Below are positions 49,138-61,520 of a DNA stretch of 64,000 nucleotides, in pieces. Origin of the DNA: Oscarella lobularis (lineage: Eukaryota); NCBI RefSeq assembly GCF_947507565.1, contig NC_089179.1:990681-1054680 (forward strand), given 5' to 3'. The translations under genes and the position numbers were made by a program. Position 1 is the first letter of the stretch. Each line of letters begins with the position of its first letter. Below the pieces are notes generated by a model. The model saw nothing but the letters and a program-made list of their open reading frames with translations. It was not told where the DNA came from and searched no databases.

Positions 49138-51125
49138 ATGGGTCGAAATCTCTCTATCGTCTTCCTCATCGTCGTTTTCGTTCGATTTGCGCACGGTAGG
49201 CGACGTCACTCGAGCGTTCTTCGTCGCCGTGAGCTCCCCTTTGTTTTGTTTCTTGTCGTAGCCTGCCCATCGATCGATTTCGAGTGCGACAACGGGCTCT
49301 GCATTCCGAAAGAGTGGCAGTGCGACGGCGATTGGGATTGTCGCGACGGCGAGGACGAATTCGGCTGTCCCGGTTAGCGAGAGAACGCGTTTTTCCTCCC
49401 CTGCGCTGCACACAGCGCTGTAGTGTCGTAGTTTTTCCGCTCGGGGGCCCCCCTTTCTCGCTCCCACGCCTACATGTGTACCTTTCTTCTTTTGCTTCCG
49501 GGGAATCCCCCAGCGAGCCGGAATTGTAGCGCGGGCGAATTTCGGTGCGCGAACGGTCACTGCATACGTCCGACGTGGAAGTGCGATCAGGACAACGATT
49601 GCGGCGACGGCAGCGACGAATCGAATTGTCGTAAGTTTTAGAGATTTCATATCTCCGGCTTTTTTGTTTCGGAAACGTAAAGTAAAAAAAGCGGGCCACC
49701 AGAGTAACTTTATTATCTCTGATGGCACGTGCGTTTTTCGTTATACAGTATCCTTTTTTTGAAGAGTCACTCTCGTATGATAACCTATAGCTCATTGACG
49801 ATGCACTGAATCTCCTGCATAAATATTTTGCCCTTATATAGGTCGATCGTGCAATGCCTAAAATACAAGACTTAGAGCACGCAGTAATGTATTATTTTTT
49901 TCTTGTAGCGCTTAAAAATTGCACGTCTTCCGAGTTCAAGTGCGACCAGGGTAAGTGCATTCGAGCGAGCTGGCAGTGCGACGGCCATAACGACTGCAGC
50001 GATTCGTCGGACGAGAGAAATTGCAGTAAGTTACGATGCCATACGGCAAAAAGGAAAGAGTCGTTTCTTCGTCTCCTAGCGGGCGTCACCTGTTCGGCGG
50101 TCGAATTCCAATGCGTCGGAACGTCCGAGTGCATCGCGCAAAGTTGGAAATGCGATGGCGAATCCGATTGCGGTAATGGAGCGGACGAAAAAGATTGCCG
50201 TAAGTATTAGAGGGAGGGTAATCGCAGAGAGGAGGTCGTTTTCTCACAGCTCCCACAACGAATTGCTCCGCGAATCAGTTTCTCTGCGCATCAAAGCGCT
50301 GCATTCCGGCAAGCTACGTGTGCGATCGCGACAACGACTGCGGCGATTGGTCAGACGAATCGTCGTGCCGTAAGAATAGAGTAGTACCAATGGTACCCCC
50401 ATCTCACGCGTCGATTAGGTGCGCCCGGCAATTGCGCCGCAGACGAGTTGAAATGCCGCAGCGGCTTGTGCATTCCGTCCTTGTGGCGTTGCGACAGCGA
50501 TTACGACTGCGAATTGAATTCCGACGAAGAGAACTGCAGTACGTGGGGAATTAGTAGAAATCTCCTCTCCCCCTCTCCCCCCTCCCCAAAAAAAATTTTT
50601 ATGGGACTTGTCAAACTTATAGACAAAGGCTATTCACTGAAAACTCTAATTTATAGCCTAAGGAAAATGTTTGGTTTGATTGATCGGGATGATTACAATG
50701 CGGTGCTTCGCTTGGAAAGAGTCTAGGACTCTTAGCTAGCCTAATTAGTGCAATCTTCTAGGAACTTCACTTAGAAGGAGGAGACTTAATTTTCCGTATA
50801 GAAAACTCTAAAATGGGGAGACTCCCAATATTTGCCGGTTTTTAATTCGCCTTTTTTTAAAAAATTAGCCTGTCTTCCTGGCGAGTTTCACTGCGCCAAT
50901 TATCGTTGCATTCCGATGAGCAAAAGATGCGACGGGACGGACGATTGCGGCGACGGCTCGGACGAAAGCAATTGTCGTAAGCGACTTATTAGAGACCCCT
51001 AACGAGATGATGAAGAGAAACAGGCGCTTTTTTTAGCTACGCCTACTCCGACAGTTCCGCCCTGCCCTCAGAACGAGTTCACGTGTGGCGATGGGCAGTG
51101 CATAGCGCAAAAGTCGGTGTGCGAT
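49138..51125 (+). pseudogene. Gene with a signal peptide followed by eight LDL-receptor class A (LDLa) cysteine-rich modules, one module per phase-1 exon. The eighth module is cut mid-domain by the satellite array.
   Basis: Signal peptide [20 protein letters not shown]. Modules: [35 protein letters not shown]; [35 protein letters not shown]; CTSSEFKCDQGKCIRASWQCDGHNDCSDSSDERNC; CSAVEFQCVGTSECIAQSWKCDGESDCGNGADEKDC; [35 protein letters not shown]; [35 protein letters not shown]; [35 protein letters not shown]; CPQNEFTCGDGQCIAQKSVCD|satellite. Every exon ends ...C|GTAAG and starts after a ...AG acceptor in phase 1. Confidence 0.8.
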
Positions 51126-54100
51126 ATTCCGGCAAGAGGTGTACGTACTCCGCCGGTAGGCGATGTATATATTCCGACAAGTGGTGTACGTACTCCGCCG
51201 GCTGGCGGTGTATATATTCCAGCAAAGAGGTGTATATATTCCGGCAAGGGGTGTACGCACTCCGCCGGCAGGCGGTGTATATATTCCGGTAAGTGGTGTA
51301 CGTACTCCGCCGGCTGGCGGTGTATATATTCCAGCAAAGAGGTGTATATATTCCGGCAAGGGGTGTACGCACTCCGCCGGCAGGCGGTGTATATATTCCG
51401 GTAAGTGGTGTACGTACTCCGCCTGAGGCGGTGTATATATTCCGGCAAGTGGTGTACTCCGCCGGCAGGCGGTGTATATATTCCGGCAGGCGGTGTATAT
51501 ATTCCGGCAAGAGGTGTACGTACTCAGCCGGCAGGCGGTGTATATATTCCGGCAAGTGGTGTACGTACTCCGCCGGAGGGCGATGTATATATTCCGGCAA
51601 GTGGTGTACGTACTCCGCCGGCAGGCGATGAATATATTCCGGCAAGAGGTGTACGTACTCCACAGGCAGGCGGTGCATATATTCCGGCAGGCGGTGCATA
51701 TATTCCAGCAAGTGGTGTACGTTCTCCGCCGGCAGGCGATGTATATATTCCGGCAAGTGGTGTACATACTCCGCCCGCTGTATACATTCCGGCAGGCGGT
51801 GCATATATTCCGGCAAGTGGTGTACGTACTCCGCCGGCAGGCGATGTATATATTCCGGAAAAAGGTGTATATATTCCGGCAAGAGGTGTACGTACTCCGC
51901 CGGCAGGCGATGTATATATTCCGACAAGTGGTGTACGTACTCCGCCGGCTGGCGGTGTATATATTCCAGCAAAGAGGCGTATATATTCCGGCAAGGTGTG
52001 TACGTACTCCGCCGGCAGGCGGTGTATATATTCCGGCAGGTGGTGTACGTGCTCCGCCGGCAGGCGGTGTATATATTACGGCAAGCGGTGGGTATATTCC
52101 GGCAAGCAGTGTATATATTCCGGAAGGCATTGTACGTACTCCGCCGGCAGGCGGTGTATATATTCCGGAGAGCGGTGTACATATTCCGGCAGGCGGTGCA
52201 CGTACTCCGCCGGCAGGCGATGTATATATTCCGGCAAGACGTGTACGTACTCCGCCGGCAGGCGGTGTATATATTCCGGCAAGAGGTGTACGTACTTCGC
52301 CGGCAGGCGGTGTATATATTCCGGCAAGAGGTGTACGTTCTCCGCCGGAAGGCGGTGAATATATTCCGGCAAGTGATGAACGTACTCCGCCGGCAGGCGA
52401 TGTATATATTCCGGCAAGTGGTGTACTTACTCCGCCGGCAGGCGATGTATATATTCCGGCAAGTGGTGTACGTATACTCCGCCGGGTGGCGGTGTATATA
52501 TTCCGGCAAGTGGTGTACGTATACTCAGCCGGCAGGCGATGTATATATTCCGGCAAGTGGTGTACGCACTCCGCCGGGAGGCGGTGTATACATTCCGGTA
52601 AGTGGTGTACGTACTCCGCCGGCTGGCGGTGTATATATTCCAGCAAAGAGGTGTATATATTCCGGCAAGGGGTGTACGCATTCCGCCGGCAGGCGGTGTA
52701 TATATTCCGGTAAGTGGTGTACATAATCCGGCAAGGGGTGTACGTACTCCGCCGGTAGGCGGAGTATATATTCGGCCAAGTGGTGTACGTATACTCCACC
52801 GGCAGGCGGTGTATATATTCCGGCAAGCGGTGTACGTACTCCGCAGGCAGGCGATGTATATATTCCGGCAAGAGGTGTATATATTCCGGCAAGTGGTGTA
52901 TGTACTCCGCCGGCAGGCGATGTATATACTCCGGCAAGTGGAGTACGTACTCCGCAGGCAGGCGATGTATATATTCCGGCAAGAGGTGTATATATTCCGG
53001 CAAGTGGTGTATGTACTCCGCCGGCTGGCGGTGTATATATTCCAGCAAAGAGGTGTATATATTCCGGCAAGGGGTGTACGCACTCCGCCGGCAGGCGGTG
53101 TATATATTCCGGTAAGTGGTGTACATAATCCGGCAAGGGGTGTACGTACTCCGCCGGTAGGCGGAGTATATATTCGGCCAAGTGGTGTACGTATACTCCA
53201 CCGGCAGGCGGTGTATATATTCCGGCAAGAGGTGTATATATTCCGGCAAGTGGTGTATGTACTCCGCCGGCAGGCGATGTATATACTCCGGCAAGTGGAG
53301 TACGTACTCCGCAGGCAGGCGATGTATATATTCCGGCAAGAGGTGTATATATTCCGGCAAGTGGTGTATGTACTCCGCCGGCTGGCGGTGTATATATTCC
53401 AGCAAAGAGGTGTATATATTCCGGCAAGGGGTGTACGCACTCCGCCGGCAGGCGGTGTATATATTCCGGTAAGTGGTGTACATAATCCGGCAAGGGGTGT
53501 ACGTACTCCGCCGGTAGGCGGAGTATATATTCGGCCAAGTGGTGTACGTATACTCCACCGGCAGGCGGTGTATATATTCCGGCAAGCGGTGTACGTACTC
53601 CGCAGGCAGGCGATGTATATATTCCGGCAAGAGGTGTATATATTCCGGCAAGTGGTGTATGTACTCCGCCGGCAGGCGATGTATATACTCCGGCAAGTGG
53701 AGTACGTACTCCGCCGGCAGGCGGTGTATATATTCCGGCAAGCGGTGTACGTACTCCGCAAGCAGGCGATGTATATATTCCGGCAAGAGGTGTACGTACT
53801 CCGCCGGCAAGCGGTGTATATATTCCGGGAAGCGGTGTACGTACTCCGCCGGCAGGCGGTGTATATATTCCGGCAGGCGCTGTATATATTCCGGTGAGTT
53901 GTGTAGGTACTCCGCCGGCAGGCGATGTATATATTTCGGAAAGTGGTGTACGTACTGCGCAGGCAGGCGATGTATGTATTCCGGGAAGTGTTGTACGTAC
54001 TCCGCCGGCAGGCGGTGTGTATATTCCGGCAAGAGGTGTACGTACCCCGCCGGCAGGCGATGTATATATTCCGGCAAGTGGTGTATATATTCCGGCAAGA

Positions 54101-57100
54101 GGTGTACGTACTCCGCAGGCAGGCGATGTATATATTCCGGCAAGAGGTGTATATATTCCGGCAAGTGGTGTATGTACTCCGCCGGCAGGCGATGTATATA
54201 CTCCGGCAAGTGGAGTACGTACTCCGCCGGCAGGCGGTGTATATATTCCGGCAAGCGGTGTACGTACTCCGCAAGCAGGCGATGTATATATTCCGGCAAG
54301 AGGTGTACGTACTCCGCCGGAAGGCGGTGTATATATTCCGGCAAGCGGTGTACGTACTCCGCAAGCAGGCGATGTATATATTCGGGCAAGAGGTGTACGT
54401 ACTCCGCCGGCAGGCGATGTATATATTCCGACAAGTGGTGTACGTACTCCGCCGGCAGGCGGTGTATATATTCCGGCAGGCGCTGTATATATTCCGGCGA
54501 GTGGTGTAGGTACTCCGCCGGCAGGCGATGTATATATTCCGGCAAGAGGTGTACGTACTCCGCCGGAAGGCGGTGTATATATTCCGGCAAGCGGTGTACG
54601 TACTCCGCAAGCAGGCGATGTATATATTCGGGCAAGAGGTGTACGTACTCCGCCGGCAGGCGATGTATATATTCCGGCAAGTGGTGTACGTACTTCGCCG
54701 GCAGGCGGTGTGTATATTCCGGCAAGAGGTGTACGTACTCCGCCGGAAGGCGGTGTATATATTCCGGCAAGCGGTGTACGTACTCCGCAAGCAGGCGATG
54801 TATATATTCGGGCAAGAGGTGTACGTACTCCGCCGGCAGGCGATGTATATATTCCGACAAGTGGTGTACGTACTCCGCCGGCAGGCGGTGTATATATTCC
54901 GGCAGGCGCTGTATATATTCCGGCGAGTGGTGTAGGTACTCCGCCGGCAGGCGATGTATATATTCCGGCAAGTGGTGTACGTACTTCGCCGGCAGGCGGT
55001 GTGTATATTCCGGCAAGAGGTGTACGTACTCCGCCGGTAGGCGATGTATATATTCCGGCAAGACGTGTACGTACTCCGCCGGCAGGCGGTGTATATATTC
55101 CGGCAAGAGGTGTACGTTCTCCGCCGGAAGGCGGTGAATATATTCCGGCAAGCGGTGTACGTACTCCGCAGGCAGGCGATGTATATATTCCGGCAAGAGG
55201 TGTACGTACTCCGCCGGCAGGCGGTGTATATATTCCGGGAAGCGGTGTACGTACTCCGCCGGCAGGCGGTGTATATATTCCGGCAGGCGCTGTATATATT
55301 CCGGTGAGTTGTGTAGGTACTCCGCCGGCAGGCGATGTATATATTCCGACAAGTCGTGTACGTACTCCGCCGGAAGGCGGTGTATATATTCCGGAGAGTG
55401 GTGTACGTACTCCGCCGGCTGGCGGTGTATATATTCCGGCAAGAGGTGTATATATTCCGGCAAGATGTGTACGTACTCCGCCTGCAGGCGGTGTATATAT
55501 TCCGGCAGGTGGTGTACGTGCTCCGCCGGCAGGCGGTGTATATATTCCGGCAAGCGGTGTACGTACTCCGCCGGCAGGCGGTGTATATATTCCGGCAGGC
55601 GATCTATATATTCCGGCAAGTGATGAACGTACTCCGCCGGCATGCGGTGTCTATATTCGGGCAAGTGGTGTACGTACTCCGCCGGCAGGCGGTGTATATA
55701 TTCCGGCAAGTGGTGCACGTATACTCAGCCGGCAGGCGATGTATATATTCCTGCAAGTGGTGTACGTATACTCAGCCGGCAGGCGAAGTACATATTCCGT
55801 CAAGTGGTGTACGTACTCCGCCGGCAGGCGATGTACATATTCCGGCAAGTGGTGTACGTACTCCGCAGGCAGGCGATGTATATATTCCGGCCAGCGGTGT
55901 ACGTACTCCGCCGGCAGGCGATGTATATATTCCGGCAAGTGGTGTACGTACTTCGCCGGCAGGCGGTGTGTATATTCCGGCAAGAGGTGTACGTACTCCG
56001 CCGGAAGGCGGTGTATATATTCCGGCAAGCGGTGTACGTACTCCGCAAGCAGGCGATGTATATATTCGGGCAAGAGGTGTACGTACTCCGCCGGCAGGCG
56101 ATGTATATATTCCGACAAGTGGTGTACGTACTCCGCCGGCAGGCGGTGTATATATTCCGGCAGGCGCTGTATATATTCCGGCGAGTGGTGTAGGTACTCC
56201 GCCGGCAGGCGATGTATATATTCCGGCAAGTGGTGTACGTACTTCGCCGGCAGGCGGTGTGTATATTCCGGCAAGAGGTGTACGTACTCCGCCGGTAGGC
56301 GATGTATATATTCCGGCAAGACGTGTACGTACTCCGCCGGCAGGCGGTGTATATATTCCGGCAAGAGGTGTACGTTCTCCGCCGGAAGGCGGTGAATATA
56401 TTCCGGCAAGCGGTGTACGTACTCCGCAGGCAGGCGATGTATATATTCCGGCAAGAGGTGTACGTACTCCGCCGGCAGGCGGTGTATATATTCCGGGAAG
56501 CGGTGTACGTACTCCGCCGGCAGGCGGTGTATATATTCCGGCAGGCGCTGTATATATTCCGGTGAGTTGTGTAGGTACTCCGCCGGCAGGCGATGTATAT
56601 ATTCCGACAAGTCGTGTACGTACTCCGCCGGAAGGCGGTGTATATATTCCGGAGAGTGGTGTACGTACTCCGCCGGCTGGCGGTGTATATATTCCGGCAA
56701 GAGGTGTATATATTCCGGCAAGATGTGTACGTACTCCGCCTGCAGGCGGTGTATATATTCCGGCAGGTGGTGTACGTGCTCCGCCGGCAGGCGGTGTATA
56801 TATTCCGGCAAGCGGTGTACGTACTCCGCCGGCAGGCGGTGTATATATTCCGGCAGGCGATCTATATATTCCGGCAAGTGATGAACGTACTCCGCCGGCA
56901 TGCGGTGTCTATATTCGGGCAAGTGGTGTACGTACTCCGCCGGCAGGCGGTGTATATATTCCGGCAAGTGGTGCACGTATACTCAGCCGGCAGGCGATGT
57001 ATATATTCCTGCAAGTGGTGTACGTATACTCAGCCGGCAGGCGAAGTACATATTCCGTCAAGTGGTGTACGTACTCCGCCGGCAGGCGATGTACATATTC

Positions 57101-60100
57101 CGGCAAGTGGTGTACGTACTCCGCAGGCAGGCGATGTATATATTCCGGCCAGCGGTGTACGTACTCCGCCGGCAGGCGATGTATATATTCCGGCAAGTGG
57201 TGTACGAACTCCGCCGGAGGCGGTGTGTATATTCCGGCAAGCGGTGTACGTACTCCGCCTGCAGGCGGTGTATATATTCCGGCAAGTGGTGTACTCCGCC
57301 GGCAGGCGGTGTATATATTCCAGCAAAGAGGCGTAAATATTCCGGCAAGCGGTGTACGTACTCCGCCTGCAGGCGGTGTATATATTCCGGTAAGTGGTGT
57401 ACGTACTCCGCCGGCTGGCGGTGTATATATTCCAGCAAAGAGGCGTATATATTCCGGCAAGGGGTGTACGCACTCCGCCGGCAGGCGGTGTATATATTCC
57501 GGCAAGAGGTGTATATAATCCGGCAAGGGGTGTACGTACTCCGCCGGTAGGCGGAGTATATATTCCGCCAAGTGGTGTACGTATACTCCACCGGAAGGCG
57601 GTGTATATATTCAGGCAAGCGGTGTACGTACTCCGCAGGCAGGCGATGTATATATTCCGGCAAGAGGTGTATATATTCCGGCAAGTGGTGTATGTACTCC
57701 GCCGGCAGGCGATGTATATACTCCGGCAAGTGGAGTACGTACTCCGCCGGCAGGCGGTGTATATATTCCGGCAAGCGGTGTACGTACTCCGCAAGCAGGC
57801 GATGTATATATTCCGGCAAGTGGAGTACGTACTCCGCCGGCAGGCGGTGTATATATTCCGGCAAGCGGTGTACGTACTCCGCAAGCAGGCGATGTATATA
57901 TTCCGGCAAGAGGTGTACGTACTCCGCAGGCAGGCGATGTATATATTCCGGGAAGCGGTGTACGTACTCCGCCGGCAGGCGATGTATATATTCGGGCAAG
58001 AGGTGTATATATTCCGGCAAGTGGTGTACGTACTCCGCCGGCAGGCGATGAATATATTCCGGCAAGAGGTGTACGTACTCCACAGGCAGGCGGTGCATAT
58101 ATTCCGGCAGGCGGTGCATATATTCCAGCAAGTGGTGTACGTTCTCCGCCGGCAGGCGATGTATATATTCCGGCAAGTGGTGTACGTACTCCGCCGGCAG
58201 GCGATGTATATATTCCGGAAAAAGGTGTATATATTCCGGCAAGAGGTGTACGTACTCCGCCGGAAGGCGGTGTATATATTCCGGAGAGTGGTGAACGTAC
58301 TCCGCCGGCTGGCGGTGTATATATTCCGGAAAGAGGTGTATATATTCCGGCAAGGTGTGTACGTACTCCGCCGGCAGGCGGTGTATATATTCCGGCAGGT
58401 GGTGTACGTGCTCCGCCGGCAGGCGGTGTATATATTCTGGGAAGCGGTGTACGTACTCCGCCGGCAGGCGGTGTATATATTCCGGCAGGCGATCTATATA
58501 TTCCGGCAAGTGATGTACGTACTCCGCCGGCATGCGATGTATATATTCCGGCAAGTGGAGTATGTACTCCGCCGGCAAGCGGTGTATATATTTCGGCAAG
58601 CGGTGTATATATTCCGGAAGGAAGTCTACTTACTCCGCCGGCAGGCGGTGTATATATTCCTGCAGACGTGTACGTACTCCGCCGGCAGGCGGTGTATATA
58701 TTCCGGCAAGCGGTGTATATATTACGGCAAGCGGTGTACGTACTCCGCGGGCAGGCGGTGTATATATTCCGGCAGGCGTGTACATACTCCGCCGGCGAGC
58801 GGTGTATATATTCCGGAAGGCAGTGTACGTACTCCGCCGGCAGGCGGTGTATATGATCCGGCAAGCGGTGTACGTACTCCGCAGGCAGGCGATGTATATA
58901 TTCGGGCAAGCGGTGTACGTACTCCGCCGGCAGGCGGTGTATATATTCCGGCAGGCGCTGTATATATTCCGGTGAGTTGTGTAGGTACTCCGCCGGCAGG
59001 CGATGTATATATTTCGGCAAGTGGTGTACGTACTCCGCCGGCAGGCGGTGTATATATTCCGGAAGGCGGTGTATATATTCCGGAGAGCGGTGTACGTACT
59101 CCGCCGGCAGGCGAAGAATATAATCCGGCAAGAGGTGTACGTACTCCGCAGGCAGGCGGTGTATATATTCCGGCAGGCGGTGTATATTTTCCGGCAAGTG
59201 GCGTACGTACTCCGCCGGCAGGTGATGTATATATTCCGGGCAGGGGTGTACGTATACTCCGCCGGCAGGCGATGTATATATTCCGGCAAGCGGTGTACGT
59301 ATACTCCGCCGGCAGGCGATGTATATATTCGGGCAAGTGGTCTACGTACTCCGACGGCAGGCGGTGGATATATTCCGGCAAGTGGTGTACGTACTCCGCC
59401 GGCAGGCGGTGTATATATTACGGCAAGCCGTGTACGTACTCCGGAGGCAGGCGCTGTATATATTACGGCAAGCGGTGTACGTACCCCGCCGGCAGGCAGT
59501 GTATATATTACGGAAGCGGTGTACATAGTCCGCGGGCAGGCGGTGTTTATATTCCGGCAGGCGTATACGTACTCCGCCGGGAGGCGGTGTATATATTCCG
59601 GAAAGCGGTGTATATATTCCGGAAGGCAGTGTACGTACTCCGCCGGAAGGCGGTGTATATATACCGGCAGGCGTGTACGTACTCCGCCGGCAGGCGGTGT
59701 ATATACTCCGGAGAGCGGTGTATATATTCCGGAGGGCAGTGTACGTACTCCGCCGGCAGGCGGTGTATATATTACGGCAAGCGGTGTACGTACTCCGCCG
59801 GCAGGCGGTGGATATATTACGGCAAGTGGTGTACATACTCCGGAGGCAGGCGGTGTATATAATACGGCAGGCGGTGTATATATTCCGGAAGGCAGTGTAC
59901 GTACTCCGCCGGCAGGCGGTGTATATATTCCGGCAAGCGGTGTATATATTCCTGCAGGCGTGTACGTACTCCGCCGGCAGGCGGTGTATAGATACCGGCA
60001 GGCGCGTACGTACTCCGCCGGCACGATTACAACGGCTACAACGGCTACAACGACAACAACGGCTACAACGGCTACAACGGCCACAACGACTACAACGGCT

Positions 60101-61239
60101 ACAACGGTGTATATATTCCGGAAGGCAGTGTACGTACTCCGCCGGCAAGCGGTGTATATATTACGGCAAGCGGTGTACGTATTCCGCCTGCAGGCGGTGT
60201 ATATATTACGGCAAGTGGTGTACGTACTCCGCCGGCAGGTGGTGTATATGTATCGGCAGGCGTGTACGTACTCCGCCGGCAGGCGGTGTATATATTCCTG
60301 CAGGCGTGTACGTACTCCGCCGGCAGGCGGTGTATATATTCCGGCAGGCGTGTACGTACTCTGCCAGCAGGCGGTGTATATATTCCGGCAAGCGGTGTAT
60401 ATATTCCGGAAGGCAGTGTACGTACTCCGCCGGCAGGCGGTGTATATATTCCGGAAGGCGTGTACGTATTCCGCCGGCAGGCGGTGTATATATTCCGGCA
60501 AGCGGTGTATATATTCCGGAAGGCAGTGTACGTACTTTGCCGACAGGCAGTGTATATATTCCGGCAAGTGGTGTACGCACTCCGCCGGCAGGCGGTGTAT
60601 ACATTCCGGCAGGCGGTGCATATATTCCGGCAAGTGGTGTACGTACTCCGCCGGCAGGCGATGTATATATTCCGGAAAAAGGTGTATATATTCCGGCAAG
60701 AGGTGTACGTACTCCGCCGGCAGGCGATGTATAAATTCCGACAAGTGGTGTACGTACTCCGCCGGAAGGCGGTGTATATATTCCGGAGAGTGGTGTACGT
60801 ACTCCGCCGGCTGGCGGTGTATATATTCCGGAAAGAGGTGTATATATTCCGGCAAGGTGTGTACGTACTCCGCCGGCAGGCGGTGTATATATTCCGGCAG
60901 GTGGTGTACGTGCTCCGCCGGCAGGCGGTGTATATATTCTGGGAAGCGGTGTACGTACTCCGCCGGCAGGCGGTGTATATATTCCGGCAGGCGATCTATA
61001 TATTCCGGCAAGTGATGTACGTACTCCGCCGGCATGCGATGTATATATTCCGGCAAGTGGAGTATGTACTCCGCCGGCAAGCGGTGTATATATTTCGGCA
61101 AGCGGTGTATATATTCCGGAAGGAAGTCTACTTACTCCGCCGGCAGGCGGTGTATATATTCCTGCAGACGTGTACGTACTCCGCCGGCAGGCGGTGTATA
61201 TATTCCGGCAAGCGGTGTATATATTACGGCAAGCGGTGT
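51126..61239. repeat. Satellite array block 2 (about 10.1 kb). Same 21/24/45-bp family and orientation as block 1, with clear higher-order repeats.
   Basis: Direct reading. The higher-order periods are about 400 bp (52.5-53.8 kb) and about 1.26 kb (55.3-56.6 kb versus 56.6-57.9 kb). Confidence 0.95.
60026..60107. repeat. Third small tract of the GGCTACAAC-type 9-bp minisatellite.
   Basis: Direct reading. Confidence 0.85.
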
Positions 61240-61244
61240 TTCCT

Positions 61245-61520
61245 CGACGTCATGCATCGGCACTCGTGATTGCCTCAAAGCAAGAATATTCGCTCGGGAA
61301 ACGCGCCCTTTAACGCTAATAGATATATCATGCAGGTGAACGAATCGGGGCCGCGATCGACGTGGTCGCCGAGGAAGAGAAACGTCGAGTTGTTTCGCGG
61401 CTCGGCTTTGAGACCGCGGAGAATGCGATCGGGAAGACGGCGCGTTTGGGACGGCGTTTTCGGCGTGTCGTGCAGGAGACCGCCGCCGGCGGCGGTACGA
61501 AACAATTTAATCAGATCTAA
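61245..61520 (-). pseudogene. N-terminal catalytic exon of a PPP-family Ser/Thr phosphatase (GDxHG, GDxVDRG, GNHE motifs) with an in-frame TGA in place of the Arg of LLRGNHE. It abuts the satellite at its 3' side.
   Basis: The minus-strand translation is [23 protein letters not shown]-(about 25-aa insert)[44 protein letters not shown], followed directly by satellite. The 61776-62201 minus ORF upstream may be its N-terminal region. Confidence 0.6.

Noticed and set aside
51117-51404. Apparent in-frame continuation of the LDLa exon into the satellite (MCDIPARGVRTPPVGDVYIPTSGVRTPP...), suggesting an LDLa plus Pro/Gly-repeat fusion protein.
   Set aside because: The LDLa module is cut mid-domain: its conserved acidic DCxDxSDE half is missing. 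The reading frame survives only about 95 codons before a stop, because unit-length variants shift the frame. This is a junction, not a designed fusion.
36037-61239. CRISPR-like regularly spaced direct repeats.
   Set aside because: This is eukaryotic DNA. The repeats are contiguous with no unique spacers, and there is no cas context. It is a satellite.
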